From positions 7,070,063 to 7,134,062 of the forward strand of contig CM082582.2 in NCBI GenBank assembly GCA_040954595.2: DNA of 64,000 bases, in the 5' to 3' direction. Every line of letters starts with the position of its first letter. Positions within the stretch are counted from its first letter, which is position 1. Source of the DNA: Balanoglossus misakiensis (Eukaryota; Animalia; Hemichordata). Shown piece by piece: positions 51,201 through 64,000 of this stretch. The notes beneath the pieces are model-generated. The model ran no database searches and was not told where the DNA came from. It saw only the letters and a program-made list of their open reading frames with translations. The position numbers and the translations under genes were made by a program.

Positions 51201-54200
51201 ATTGCTGTTGTTTCTTTCTTTTTGTCCTCAGTTAACACCTTCACTTTCTCACGTTCATTTTCTGTGGCTGCATTTATCAGTGACATTTCCCCCAGGGCCT
51301 GTCGCATTTTATCAAAGTGACATTTCTTAAGTTTCTGACCCCTTGACATCCACAGACTTCCTCTTTCAGGCAAGGCACAGGATGGTCATTCAAATATTCA
51401 AATTGGCATGTGTGTGCGTGTGAGATTGTTTTGGATGGGTAATCCCAGTCACAATGTGAAATGACTGCCGTTGATACGTGACGGTAATGACAACAATTCA
51501 TGCTGGGTGTGCTAAATGTTCTTCCGAACAACTTTGTACGAAAGTACCAGGTTCTATTAAGGGTGTAATGTGTAATGTTACCCCCAAACATACCTACAGC
51601 AAAACCAGTCTGTGTGCATAATACTTGCACCGAAAACATATCACCAATTATAACTTTGCCATATACTCAGTAGCACCTGCAGCATAGACAGCAGAAGCAA
51701 CACTTGATTGCAGCAGTTAAATGGTGATATGCAATGCACAGCTTACCTTTTGTTCCGTGCACTGACAAAGGCTGTATAGGAATGCGGTGCCCATGAGTTT
51801 GATATTTTAAACACTCTTACAAGTTCATGTCCGTGCACAAGAAAGCTTGCACGACCAATATTTAGGCATTGAGTGATGTACATGTACTTTTAATTGCAGA
51901 GGCTGTGTACAGGTGAGAGATAATTGGTGTACTGGGCTGATGGTTTTGGTTTGTGTTGTGTTTTGCAGATCACAGTATTTTCGGCAGTGCATAAGGTTTA
52001 TACATGAAGCAAGACTTAATGGAGGGGCAGTGTTGGTACACTGGTAGGTAAACATACTTGTGTGCGCGTACGTGTGCATCTGTCTGATATATAGCATGTG
52101 TGTAGCACATGTTTTTGGCAGACAGACGTTACACTTACATGTATAGTCTCAGAAAGTGAAGGAAAAAAACTGAATGTTTTCAAGTCTGAATCATTACTTG
52201 TCTTGTTAAGTTGACACATCAAGGCAGATAGTCATGATGTCAAAACTTGTAGTTGCCATGGAAATGCTCATAGCATCTGCTTCATTGTGGACTTTGTTCG
52301 TCGCAGAATGAATGCTAAAACACAGTCCACCTGTTAGCAGAGTCAATCATATCTTGTGGCTTAACTTGCACAGGTCTAAATAAATTTGGTACGCAGACAG
52401 GTCTGCAGAGTTTTCGAAAAAACATGATTATGGTATCTCTTCACAGATGTTCAGTTGGGTGTCGCTAGAAGTCAGGAGCCTAAATTTGAATATCTGCATG
52501 TACCCCGTCCCAGTTTTTTTCCCCCTTCTGTATACGGCTTCTTTTGTGAATCGACTACTTTCGTGATGAATGAAAACCTGATTTACGGCTTCCAAATTAG
52601 CTTCTCTCCGCCGCTGTACCCCTGCCGGGTGTTTTTCGCCACCCGCTGTCCCAGAAATGTCCCTCATGCTTTTCGAATTCGTCCACCCGCCGCGGAGGAC
52701 ACTTGAGTCAACTTCCTGAAATTGATACCACCGTTTGGCTCATTGGAAGACGTCTGATTGAAGAAAAAAATGCTTGTGCAGGCTTGTTTTTTGGGCTGTT
52801 TGGTTTTCGACGAACTCCCCTGTATGCAACATCTCCAAATATGGTCAGAAAAGTACAGCTTGCGGCTCTTAGCTTTCGAGGAAAGTGCCTATGCAACAGG
52901 TTCTGGTGTGTCCGTGTGTGCTTGAATCTTGAGAGAAAATGTGAAAATTTCAGTAAATTTAATTTCAAAGTTCCACTTCTTCTAGGTTTAGAAGATAGAT
53001 GTTTATATGACAACAGATATTTTGTATCTTTATTTCCAAATGCACTGCAATATGTATGTGTCGAGGTCGAGTTATGAAAAGCGATACGCCAAGATGCAAA
53101 ATTAGTCAGCAAAACTTACAAGAGATTCAGAATTAGTCAGCAAAAATTACCAAGGATTCAGAATTAGTCAGCAAAAAATACATTACGAGGCATGCAAAAT
53201 AAAGCGATGAGTTTTGTGGAACAATGTGTTTATTCTTGATATAGGTTAAAGGAGAGAAATAAAAACATGCTTCATAGTCACATGAGGGTGACTGACGCTT
53301 TCCCCCACTCATAATTGCGGCCGTCGCACGATTTTGAAATTAGTGCAGAATCGGGCCGGCAGACGCGTGGCCTGTTTTGAATAATCGCCGTAAACCGATA
53401 CCCATAATAACAATTGCTATCATCGCGGCCAATTAAAGAAACGGCCTTCGAAAGCTTGCCTAAAGTTTGACTTTTACAGCCGGAGTTGGCAGCGCGCCAG
53501 GCGTATGTGTGTAATATTGCGGATTTTTAGTAACGTATATTTAGTTACAGAGTCACCGGGAGACTGTGTTTTGACTCAAAGTTAACTGGTATTAAGTGGA
53601 AACACATGGCATCTGCGTTTTGCCCAAGCCGGTGTCCTAGCGTCACCCGTTTAGAGGCAGTCAATGACATGCAGACTTTATCAAAATAAAGCAGTAAAAA
53701 TCATCAACTTGGTATCAAATGAAACAGCCGCCACCAATTTTAGTGTTTTTGTTTGATTTGTTTCAGTATGACTCATCCCAAACTTTTTCGAGATTTCACT
53801 TTTTTTGTGCCGTGGATTATTTCGCTTGATGTTGACACTCATCAGGTGTTTCATAGAGAAGGGATGATTAAAGGCCCGTGTTCGTAGCTGAGGGTTAATC
53901 ACTGACTTACATGTACACTACTGTCGATCGTCACACCTGGATTTTTCCCCCCTCTGGTGTCAAGTTTGCAGATTTAGGTTTAAGTGGGCAACAATCGTTC
54001 CTATATACATGTAGGGTCAGTTTCCTTTGAGGGAAATCTGAAGTCAAAGATTTCTTTTCTTCACAATATAAAACCACAATGGAAAACAAAAGCGTTTTAT
54101 TTTTTTCGGCACAACCCCAAACAGTACTCGAGACCAGAGAGACAACAAGTGGTTTACCAGAGCTTAGAATACTGATCTTCAATGAATTTTAAATTTCACA

Positions 54201-57200
54201 AGCATCTGTTTTTATCGCGTTATTCTGATAAAACATCTGGTAATAAGACCGAGGATACAAAATCCCGGGATCACTTGATTTGTTTTTCATTACACCCAAG
54301 GGGTAGACTTCCCCCGCTCATTTAAAAAAATGATTTTCACGTCAGCCAGCTAGGATTTCATCGTGTACAGCCGAATTGAGGACTTGGTGTACTTTGATAT
54401 GAAGATAAAACCTCTTTATGTTTCCTGCGCACATGAGTGATTATAACCGCAGTGAAAGCTGTGTATGAATATTGCATTTTAATAGGTGACCCGGCTAGGG
54501 CCACTAAAAGTGATGTGTCTAAAGGCCAGTGTCTGTCTCTCGCCAAAGAAGCGTCTTTGGGGCGCGTTTGGTTTCAATTCAAAGCAGGATGTCTTTAAAG
54601 GGGGAGGGGGGTCGAACGAACTGCATGTATGTGTGACTTTTCTGGTTGTCAGCATTGTTCCCACTCTTCAGGGAGACCCTACTAGCTATACATGTTATTT
54701 TATATCAAAGTAAAATTGGAAACGTGATAAAAAGTAATAGTGCATTGTTTGCCATGATGTACAGTGTAATTGTATAGTAACAATTGCATTGTTTGCAAAT
54801 GTGTACCCGTTACGCTTTGCGCCTGCTTTGACTTGCAAGCAACTGTGTCCCCACGTTGCAACCCCATGTTTTATACCCACAGTCAGAATATTAAATCGCT
54901 CATGAATGAAAAAAATGAAACACTGTTCAGTGGTTTCGAATGGGAGGGTGGCGGTGGTCAGTTCCGCCGACCAAAAACAATTAGAAAGCGTCTGACGACC
55001 ACATGCATAATGTAATCGTATCTCCGTCTGGCGTACGCTGGAAAGCATGTCAGGGTGGTGGTGCGTGGCGTGGCCGTTATATTTTCCGGCGAACTGGGCC
55101 CGCTCCCGGTGGAATTGCTGCAGTGTAACATTAATAACATTTCTGGAGCCGTCATACAGGGTAGCTCCTTTGCTCGTGATTTTTTTGTCATCTCCGATTA
55201 CAGGGCTTTTTTTATTGAGTTTCAAGTGTACCCACCCCAAGCAGTGAAAACTGATACGCAGACTTCCTTATGGTTGCAAACGCACGCGATGGCAGGGTTT
55301 TTGGGTCTGCAATATCAATATGGTTGCAGAATTTACACCATTGAACGTCTTTGTTACTAATCAACGTTGAAATATCACCATTTTTAATTTTATTCAGATT
55401 CTGTTTGTGTTTGTGCTTGTGCTGGCCTTTTGTAGTCAACAATATGTATTGGATAAAGTTGCACAGCCAAAACAGGTGGCTTTGGGTCTACTGTGTCACA
55501 CAGGAATACAATACATGACTCACTGAGTCCTTGTCCATCCAGGGCCTTATCTTGTGAATAACCCCACAGTATAGTTTACATTTGTGATAACTTTAGTGCC
55601 TTTAAGTTTAGAGTGAGTTAACGAGTCATCAAAGCTCAATTGAAAATACAGTTGTTTGATTTTGTTTCAACAAACAGTTTTTAATTTTTATGTTCTTTTC
55701 AAACGAGGATAAAACATGATACTGTAATCGGCACATGAGCACAGCATAATTATTTGTCCATTATGGAACCTTGAATGCTACTAGTACCAGATATATCTTT
55801 TAAAAGGATCAATAAACTGTTAGCAGTGTTTATCATAAGGGTATTTATTGATGTCCCGCGCTGCATTACTGGTGCGTCAAGTTACAGTTGAAGTGGCTGA
55901 AATGCTATTCAAGATAGCTTGACAAGCACGATGATTCATAAGGTGGTCTCTTTCCTTGACCACACTGTACTGGTACATGTAGTTGCCAGGCAGGCACTCC
56001 GTGCAGTGGTGCCTGAAGTTAATGCCATCTGGGGTACTTCAAAATGTGTTAGTACAAGAATGACTGTGCTGTACTGTACGTACTTCAGTTTGGAAGGTTC
56101 AAGTGACACACACACACACTCAAGCCCCTCACTAGTTTTGGATGCCTACAGAGACAATCAGTACCCTGGTACATGTACATGTATATCAACCAGTGGTAAC
56201 ATTGAAAGAATTCCTGAAGAACAGAGCCTGACTGCCTATTAAATAATAACTATTCAAAATCTTGAAATCTCAAGACTGTACCTTGTGGTACTTGCTATAA
56301 TAGTTGCAATTACATCCTAAACTAATTGGTTGCGCCTGACTTTAAAAGAATAGATTTACACTGGCGGTATTATGTTTGTCATCAGAATATCATATAAATG
56401 TCAAAGACTACTGTTCTCTCTAATATATGAAAGGATATTTTTGTTTAGGCCTTTATTTACATCCACAATAAAATATTAATCCCACCATCCGTAAACTACA
56501 CAGGCAGGCAAGGGATGGTGCTTTGAAGTTTGCCGTTTGCGTTATCATGATTTGACAATGTAACACAGTATAGTCTTGATATAATAGCCGGAGTCCCATC
56601 TTTGAAGTGCCGCCAACAATCTGATCTGTCGGCAAACTCTTGACTACAAAGCTGTTAGCCGAAGTTATATTTATGTTGGTCTGGAGAGAACTTGTCAAAA
56701 ATGTCCGTATCAAAACCAATGAATAAGGTTTGGGTTATTCCAGGCCCTGTTATTTGTGTATAGGCCCTGATACACTGGCTACCTGGCACAACGTGGTACT
56801 GTACCTTTATATTGAAGTGCCCGGCCGGTGCTCTAAGTCTAATACTCTGGCAAAAAGCATGCTACCTTACCAGTCATGTACCTCATACCTCTATAAATTT
56901 ATAGAGACATGAGGCATGTATCTATAAATGTATCTAAAGAACACATGTTCATCTCCCACCTCCTCTGCCTTGATTATAATATATAGTACCCTGTCATCAC
57001 CTTTCCTCTAATTTAAATTTGAAAGAGTTGAAGGGAGACTTCAAAACTGATATGATCACTTGAAACCGATTCTGTTCTCGAGATGGTTGATAATTATGTA
57101 TATGCAGTAAAAAAAATACCAAACCTCTGACGATGGTGTCGTAACCTATCAAGTTTGTTGACCACATGACTGGGAAAATTAACTTGTTATTTTGATTTAA

Positions 57201-59638
57201 CTTGACTGTTTTTTTTATCCACAAAAAAAGTTTCCAGGTACACCCACCCTACCCCACCCCTAATAAACTGCAGTTCTTTTAGACACATAGTATGACACGT
57301 ACCACAGCTTAATTACATGTACTAATAGGCTTGTAAATGGGTCAAAAGTTGACTGATGGTTTACCTTTGTACCTTTACCATGTAAGTGTGACCATTTTTT
57401 ATTTGTTTGTCATATTGCAAGCCTATACGTATTGGTTGGTCCGATATAATGCAAAAAAGGAAATTTAAAATTCTTGTCAACACCAGGCAGGGTCTATTGC
57501 TCAGAAATTGAAGATGCCATGCTGACTGAAGTTTAAGGTTTCTGAGGCAGGACCTTGGAAAAGTCGCTTGGCACTTGAGAAAACAGCAGAGGATACTTGA
57601 GTACACCTGGGAATATAAAGTCAACACCCAGACCATTACCTTTATTTGTTTATTTATTTATTGATGTAAGTAAAGTGGTCTCAATTTAGCAAAATATTTA
57701 CAGTCAAAGCATAATAAAGACCCCTAATTTAAGTTTCTCGGTGCGGGTTTCAAGATCAGGACATCAGGTAGCTGCAATAATTGTTGCCTTGTTGGTGGGG
57801 TGGGCTGATGTGTCGCTGTCGGCTGGCCTGATCACCTAGGCTACAATTATTGCAGCTAGACATCAGGCCATGGCCAGACAGTCCTGAATGTCTATTTCAG
57901 GCATAATCATTTTTTATGACACATTATGATTATTCACTTTGGCATCAAGACCAATTAATTACCGACTTACTTTATTAATTAATTATTCACTAAATTACTG
58001 CTCCATTAATTAATTAATGGTAGTTTAGTGTATATGTATTGATTTCTCTTTTGTTTTCAGTATATTTTGCATCTGTCACCATTCTTATACTTTATATAAC
58101 CTCCCATTATATATGGGACGCAAGCTGTGTATGTCCTTTTTTCTTAGAACTCCATTTATGAAGCATTAAACATGTTTCCAGCATAAAATGAATTATGATC
58201 ATCATTAGTATGATTATGTACTTGTGAAAAAAGGAGAAGCTATGTTTTACTGCTCAATAACAAGAACGATGGAAGTGAATACACATTTGATGAGAGGATT
58301 CCTCGGGTTTAAGGATGGTCATGTGACCACAAAAATGTGTTGAATTCACTAGAAGACGGAAAATGTTACCATAAAATAGCAGGAAGTCTTGTAATGTATT
58401 TTTATTTTTTTAATTTCAGATTTATGGGTGCGAATGTTTAATGTGTCTTCCAACTGTTCTTGAAATTTTTGAAATTTGTTATCCTGTGGCACAATTCCCA
58501 TCGAGGATGCGAGAAATGGTGTTAAGTGGCTAAAAGTGAAGTTTTCTTTACACACACACAGACACACACACACGCACACAAATGTACAGTTGTAAAAGAC
58601 AGTGTGTGATTCTTCACGTGTAGCCAAACCGTTCAGACCCTGAAACTGAAATTCAAATCTCCAGCATCTTTGACTGAGAACTTGCTGGGCGCAAAAGTGA
58701 TAACCTTGGCAAAGCCAGCATGACTGCAAGTACAATAGCAAGAACAGTTCAGCAGGAGACTCAGTAGCTGAATTGACTGGTGAAACTGTGAGGGATTTTT
58801 AGTGTTGACATTATTGGCCGATGTCCATGAGTACAGCTTTCCCACCATCACCACTAGTTTTGACCATAGAGCATGGTTTATGCATGCATGTTCCATCCAC
58901 TTGAAAGATGTTCAGCATTGGGCAAAGAACATTTCTATGCAGATGAATTCTTGAGAACGATGTCCTACACAATTTGCCTGCTTGGTCTAATTGTTAGCAG
59001 GGCATGCAGTTACCAAAAGGGGAGGAAATATCTTTCGAGATATGAAAAAAAAAGAAGAGAAAGACTGGCGCTATACAAATTTCTCTGATTGATTGATTGA
59101 TGTACACAGTACATCAATGGTAGGCAATGTTGTCAACCTAGGGTGTTCAAGTTTAGTCTTTATTTTCCAGATGTTATAACACTAATAGCTTAATTGCCTG
59201 TATCTATCTACTAACCTTACACTTTGTGACATAGAGTGCTTGTTTTCCCAGCTATCTACAAGAACAACATATTAGCTGTGATTGGAGAAACCACAGATAA
59301 AGCTGGCCAAATTGGTATCCCTCTGTGATCACAACAAGCACAGTCTCAACGTGTCCGCATGTACATTGTACCTTCTGTGGGCGTGCCGAGAGGCCTGGGC
59401 CTGCTCGTAGCAGATAAGCCAAGTATCCATCCAGATTAATTGGTTGGATACAAGCACTCGCAGCGGGTCGATCGTTTCAGCCCTTGACAAGTGTGGCTGT
59501 GTCAGTAGCTGTCAGTGTAATTACCGAGTGGAGCCAACACTTCCGCTACTACCCAGGAATGTGGGTATGGTGGAATTCCATCAACAGATATTTGTGATGC
59601 TGTGGTGTTGGTGGGGGTGGTTGGTGCTCAGTTGAGGG

Positions 59639-59700
<62 letters not shown>

Positions 59701-59734
59701 GTGATAATGATGATGATGATGACGTCGACGATGG

Positions 59735-59794
<60 letters not shown>

Positions 59795-62700
59795 CGTCGA
59801 CGATGGTGATGATGATGATGATGATGATGACGTCGACGATGGTGATGATGATGATGATGATGATGATGATGACGTCGACGATGGTGATGACGACGACGAC
59901 GATGACGACGACGCTGATGATGATGACGATGACTGTTGAGTGTACACACACACCCACTGCAAGCCCAGGCGTATCAAACTGAGATAACGACTAAGCATAC
60001 AGGCTATTTCGTTAATTGCCATGTCATCTGTCAGATGCAAGTTGTGGATAAGCTCTACTTGTAGTTTCAAACACCGTAGCCCCCACACATTCCATGTTGA
60101 AAACATGAATGTGTGGTCACAGGGATTACCATTGGCAGCTAAATGTAGGGCAGTTAAAACGCTATAAATTCACTCCAAGACAGCCACTTTGATAGGTTGT
60201 AAAATTATTATGAATTGCTCCTGTTATAGTTTATACAATGTATAAGCGGTGGCGTGCAGTTGTGGGTCAAAAGATAAGTGTTGATTAATTGCGTCAGGGG
60301 AAATTGTATCGAGTTGACAGTTGCGGAGGTTGTGATTTGCCCCCCTTTCTAATGTTCACTTCTTTGCTGATTTTCCTTGCATATGTATGTACATGTACTA
60401 CATGCAGTATACTTGCCTGGTGCTTGTGGCGGATTTCTGTGTGCGCTGGATGCATTTGTGGCGTCTATGGTGCTGTCAGCAGCTCACAACACATTGCCCA
60501 CCCCCATTCACTGGTAGTAAATTATAAAAAGCAAAGAAGACAGAAATATTACGGTGAAGTAGATTTGAGCCAGGTGACCGATACCTTTCCTGACTTCATC
60601 AGCGATTTTTGTCGAATTTCACAATTTTTTTGGAGAAGTTGGGTCGTCTCACTCCAACATTGACACTTTTTGACAGGAAACGTGTCACGATGAAAACATG
60701 ACAATCAAAACTGTCACCTTTTGAAAAATGTCGACAGGTCCATGTGCCAAACCAATCTGTCTCAATCATGCGATTTTAATCATTTCTTAATGCGGTTTTT
60801 GTTTTGTTCCACTTAACCTTTCGGCTGCATTTGATAGTGATCAGCATACCACTCTCCTGAATCATTTAATGGCTGTTACCGTCTCTCGGTTTAATAGTGC
60901 ACTCATATCATGGTTTCAGTCATACCTTTCAGATCATAGTAATTGTGAGTGCATACTAATAAATTCTGATCAGTTGTGGTTTTGCAAGCCCTGTTGATAC
61001 TTGAATACATGTATAGCCAAGGGATTGGTATTTAGGTCCTGTGTCTTTTATTTTGTACGCTTCGTCATCAGGATTATCAGTTGCTGGACTTGGACACCTT
61101 TATGATTCCTCACTCTGTTTATCATGATTTGGAATTTATGGCAAGTGTCACTGTAAGTTGTTAGGAGTTTTGTGAAAATATGAAAGATGTGTACTTCAGA
61201 AAGGAATGTGGGGTTCGTTTGTTTTTTGCCGTTATCTAACCACGAATCCGAGTGGCTCTTTCTAATTTGTCTAAAAGTTTCTAAGTTGAAGAGGAGCCAA
61301 TTGTATTGTATAAAACATTCCGTGAGTTTTCACCTTGGTGAATTTACATGTGTGCATGGCAGGTACCGGTAATGATTTGAAATCTGTGCTTATTCACAAT
61401 CAAAATACTCCCCATACTCATTGTTATTATTGACAAATGAATTCTAGTTTGGACTTGAATTCAAATTTTGCTCAATAAAAATGCTGACTATACACATATA
61501 CACATCAATTGGATTTCAAGGGCCTTGCAATGGTGCCACTATCGTCATGTCCTCAAATTGCTGGCTGCCATGATGGAAATACACAGGAAGAAAGTCTGTT
61601 TCCAGGCCGGTGCCCACAAAACCCATCCTTTTGATGTCTAGGCCCCCAGACAAACACGGTCATTAAAAATGGAGAAGTTGCAACCGTATATGACCTACAA
61701 ATAAGATATTCCCTGACAAAAGGGAAGTCTTTTTACAAGTTTTTTAACTTGTTCCAAGAAAGAGCAAGATAAAAAACCCATTGAAATAGCCAGTGGAAAT
61801 CACTGATATGTACTGAACTTTGTCAGGGTCAGAACTTTTGACTTTTTTTTCTTGTTTGGACATGTATCATGTGCAAATTAAAGATAAAGTTATATTCTGG
61901 AGAACTGTCAAAATACAGGATGGTTCTGACTGACACCCGCATGACATCATGTCCTTGATTACATCACAATGAAGTGCCAGGCAGGCAGGAACAAGGAGTT
62001 TCTATGCATGCGCCACTGTGCTAAAAAAAAGTAAATTCAAAGTCAAACGACAGAAATGAGGACCCAAACGCCCTTGAATCAGAATGATGAAGCCCTTGGA
62101 ATGATTCTCCCCCACCTAGAACAACAGGAAGCTGATATCCGTGGCAACCAACAAAATGAACAAGAGGAATCGTGTCTAAAGATGAAACCTGTCTGTACTG
62201 CAATGATGTTCCTAGCCCTCCCACCCACACCGCCACTCATATGGGGCACCATTATGTTGTAAATAACCTCCACAAACCAAACACCTCGAGAGTCTGCGAT
62301 GCTTTCAGGGTGATTTTTTTACTGTTAAACAATTACAACAGATAAGGTATTGGGCAAGTGTTGCATGTGATCAAGGAACTTTGATTGGATTCTGGTTAGA
62401 GGAATGACAAGGAATGCCGGGGTTCTAATTCTGGAAACCTCAGACTACGAGGTGCTTTTGAATGGTCAGATTTCAGATCGTCATTCCAGTTTACACATCA
62501 CTTCCTCATTTGTCCTAGCTTGGAATATTGAAATATGGGAGTTGCGACACTTTGTGGAGAGAAATTCCATCTTGGACTCTGAGTTGTCAGAGAGGAGATC
62601 TCTCGAACGGAAGTCCTAGGTTCAAGGGGTTGGTTTGAGAACAATCAGACGAAGAGTGGTGTACTATCATTAAACTTTAATAGATGATCAGGGTTTAGGT

Positions 62701-63356
62701 GATAAGGTGCTATATGGTGAAGAGTTTCACAGGTAACCGAATGACATGTGTTGTATACATCTCAAAGGTTGAGTGAGGTGGTGTTGAGGATAATTCTCAT
62801 TGTACATTTCAGTCTATGAAATGTACAGAGATTGCCGTTGGTATGTAGTAAAATTGTGAGCATTTGAACATTGACTTGTGGTGGAATTAAACAAACTTGT
62901 AGATTGGGAAGAATTTTTTCATGTGTGCTAAATGTAAAAGAAACAATTTAGAGTCAGTGTATTTTAGCGTTGATCACAGAGATTGGTAGACCGTGGTCTT
63001 AGGTTGCCAGTGATGGTGACCCAAAGTAACCTCTCTGATGAGCTGGGGGTTGGGGGGGGGGGGTTGGAGGGGGGGGATCATTGAAGGAGATATATGTATG
63101 TGTGACAGAGACTGGGTAGAACTGCAGTTGGATTTCAATCACGACACTGACAAAACGTTTTCACCCGTTTGCTTGATTTCATAGTCTTGCCGGAATGTCG
63201 CGGAGCGTAACGGTGACTGTAGCCTATCTGATCACCGTCACTAACTACGGTTGGCAGGACGGTCTGAGAGCGGTGAAAAGTGCCCGTCCGGTGGCCTTAC
63301 CAAACTTTGGCTTCCAGAGGCAGCTTCAGGAATACGAACACACCATCCTCAAAAAG
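45292..63356 (+). CDS. Atypical dual-specificity phosphatase of the DUSP22/DUSP15 (JSP1/VHY) family, first 6 coding exons (145 aa); 3' end not resolved
   Basis: Exons: 45292-45312 (MGQGMNK, N-myristoylation Gly2), 46190-46223 (ILPGLYVGNFK), 46956-47038 (ITHILSIHD), 50786-50835 (KYLCIAVSDSPQHNL), 51969-52043 (FIHEARLNGGAVLVHC), 63185-63356 (LAGMSRSVTVTVAYL..PNFGFQRQLQEYE). The catalytic HCLAGMSRS motif is intact. Orthology to DUSP15 versus DUSP22 cannot be resolved, so no symbol is given. Confidence 0.93.
45440..45520 (-). promoter_or_regulatory. Candidate TTLL9 promoter inside DUSP intron 1
   Basis: TATATATA at ~45474, GTCACGTGA E-box at ~45493, CCAAT boxes at ~45443 and ~45511. These lie upstream of the tentative TTLL9 ATG on the minus strand. 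Confidence 0.4.
46765..46858 (+). mobile_element. Short piggyBac-like MITE, copy 3 (more decayed)
   Basis: TTAA-CCCCT...GGTTTGGTCCAAC...GGACCTCTTTACAGGGAAACGGGG...G-TTAA. Confidence 0.55.
53098..53178. repeat. ~31-bp tandem repeat, about 2.6 copies
   Basis: AATTAGTCAGCAAAA.TTAC.A..GATTCAG repeated. Confidence 0.85.
57769..57858. mobile_element. 90-bp MITE with 21-bp TIRs and a perfect 9-bp target-site duplication
   Basis: TIRs TAGCTGCAATAATTGTTGCCT / AGGCTACAATTATTGCAGCTA (1 mismatch). GACATCAGG flanks both ends (57760-57768 and 57859-57867). Confidence 0.8.
59638..59931. repeat. Compound (GAT)n array with four GACGTCGACGATGGT interruptions
   Basis: Read directly; intronic; source of the poly-His, poly-Ser, poly-Met and poly-Ile ORFs. 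Confidence 0.95.
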
Positions 63357-64000
63357 GTATGTCATCGATATCAGAAGTAAAATTTCATCTGAAATGAGTA
63401 ATTTTAACCTTTTTTATTTTTTCAGATTATCATCTACAGATGTAGTATCACCACTGCAGCATGGCCCTGTACAATATGTGCTGTATTTGCATTTGGACAC
63501 AGCGAGATTTGAACCACCTGTGAATGAACCCCCTAACCTGTCATAAAACTACATTTCTGACTCTCCTAGTTTGCAAGCCCCGTAAAATTGCTATTAGAGT
63601 AGGAGGCATGGCCGTATTTAAGAAACTTTTCTACCGCAACATTCTGTCAATTTCCTAATGTGTACACATGGCTATTTGTTTGTTTATTTTGTTTTGTTTG
63701 CGGGTAATAGATGCTGGATCATGACTCCAAACTACACAAGGTGAAATTATCTATTCTAAGCCTCACGAAAACAAACCCCACATCATAATCCATGGTCCAT
63801 TTAATTGTAAAAGCCTGCTTTCCCTATGTGCACAGGAAGTGGCCAATCGAGACTCTCCCCATGGTGTTACTGTGTGGTTCCCATTATACAATCAGTGTTG
63901 TGTTTACTTTACAGGACCCTGGATTCCCTGGGCTCTGTGGTTTTGTACACCCTTTAGTGTCGTTCACATTGACGTACAGTACAGTCCGTACAATCCCTCT

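Noticed and set aside
52703-55360. ORFs of 124-181 aa within DUSP intron 5 as nested genes or transposases
   Set aside because: No recognisable domain, DDE or reverse-transcriptase motif, and no convincing exon structure.
59549-60106. Poly-His, poly-Met, poly-Ile and poly-Ser ORFs, and a CRISPR-like periodic appearance
   Set aside because: Trinucleotide repeat with no unique spacers and no cas genes, in a eukaryotic intron.
62056-62731. Short + strand ORFs followed by a CAG|GTAACC donor as an alternative DUSP first exon
   Set aside because: No homology, and the product would lack most of the phosphatase domain; unsupported without transcripts.
63426-64000. Acceptor-like sites at 63425 and 63914 as DUSP exon 7
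   Set aside because: The translations do not resemble the DUSP15/22 C-terminal helix; the real next exon is probably outside the window.

Overview
AT-rich, intron-containing animal genomic DNA, most likely an invertebrate deuterostome such as a hemichordate or echinoderm (inference from gene content and repeat style). Nine protein-coding genes were assembled by hand from splice sites and reading frames. In order they are: RNMT (-); two tandem HSDL2-like short-chain dehydrogenases (+); two tandem uncharacterised type-I membrane protein paralogs with identical intron phases (+); SUPT16H/SPT16 (-); PDRG1 (+); TTLL9 (-); and the 5' part of a DUSP15/DUSP22-type phosphatase (+) that probably runs off the window. 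There are three head-to-head gene pairs. Main points of interest: (1) an unrecognised CARDB/Ig-like + Cys-rich + TM cell-surface gene pair; (2) PDRG1-TTLL9-DUSP order and orientation matching human 20q11.21 as I recall it, which predicts a Fox gene downstream, with CpG-rich candidate enhancers in the long DUSP introns; (3) an SDR duplicate that has lost its peroxisomal AKL signal; (4) a candidate U12 intron in TTLL9; (5) a GC-AG intron in PDRG1; (6) several small MITEs. No rRNA, tRNA or CRISPR array was seen. All homology calls come from recognising motifs; no database search was run.
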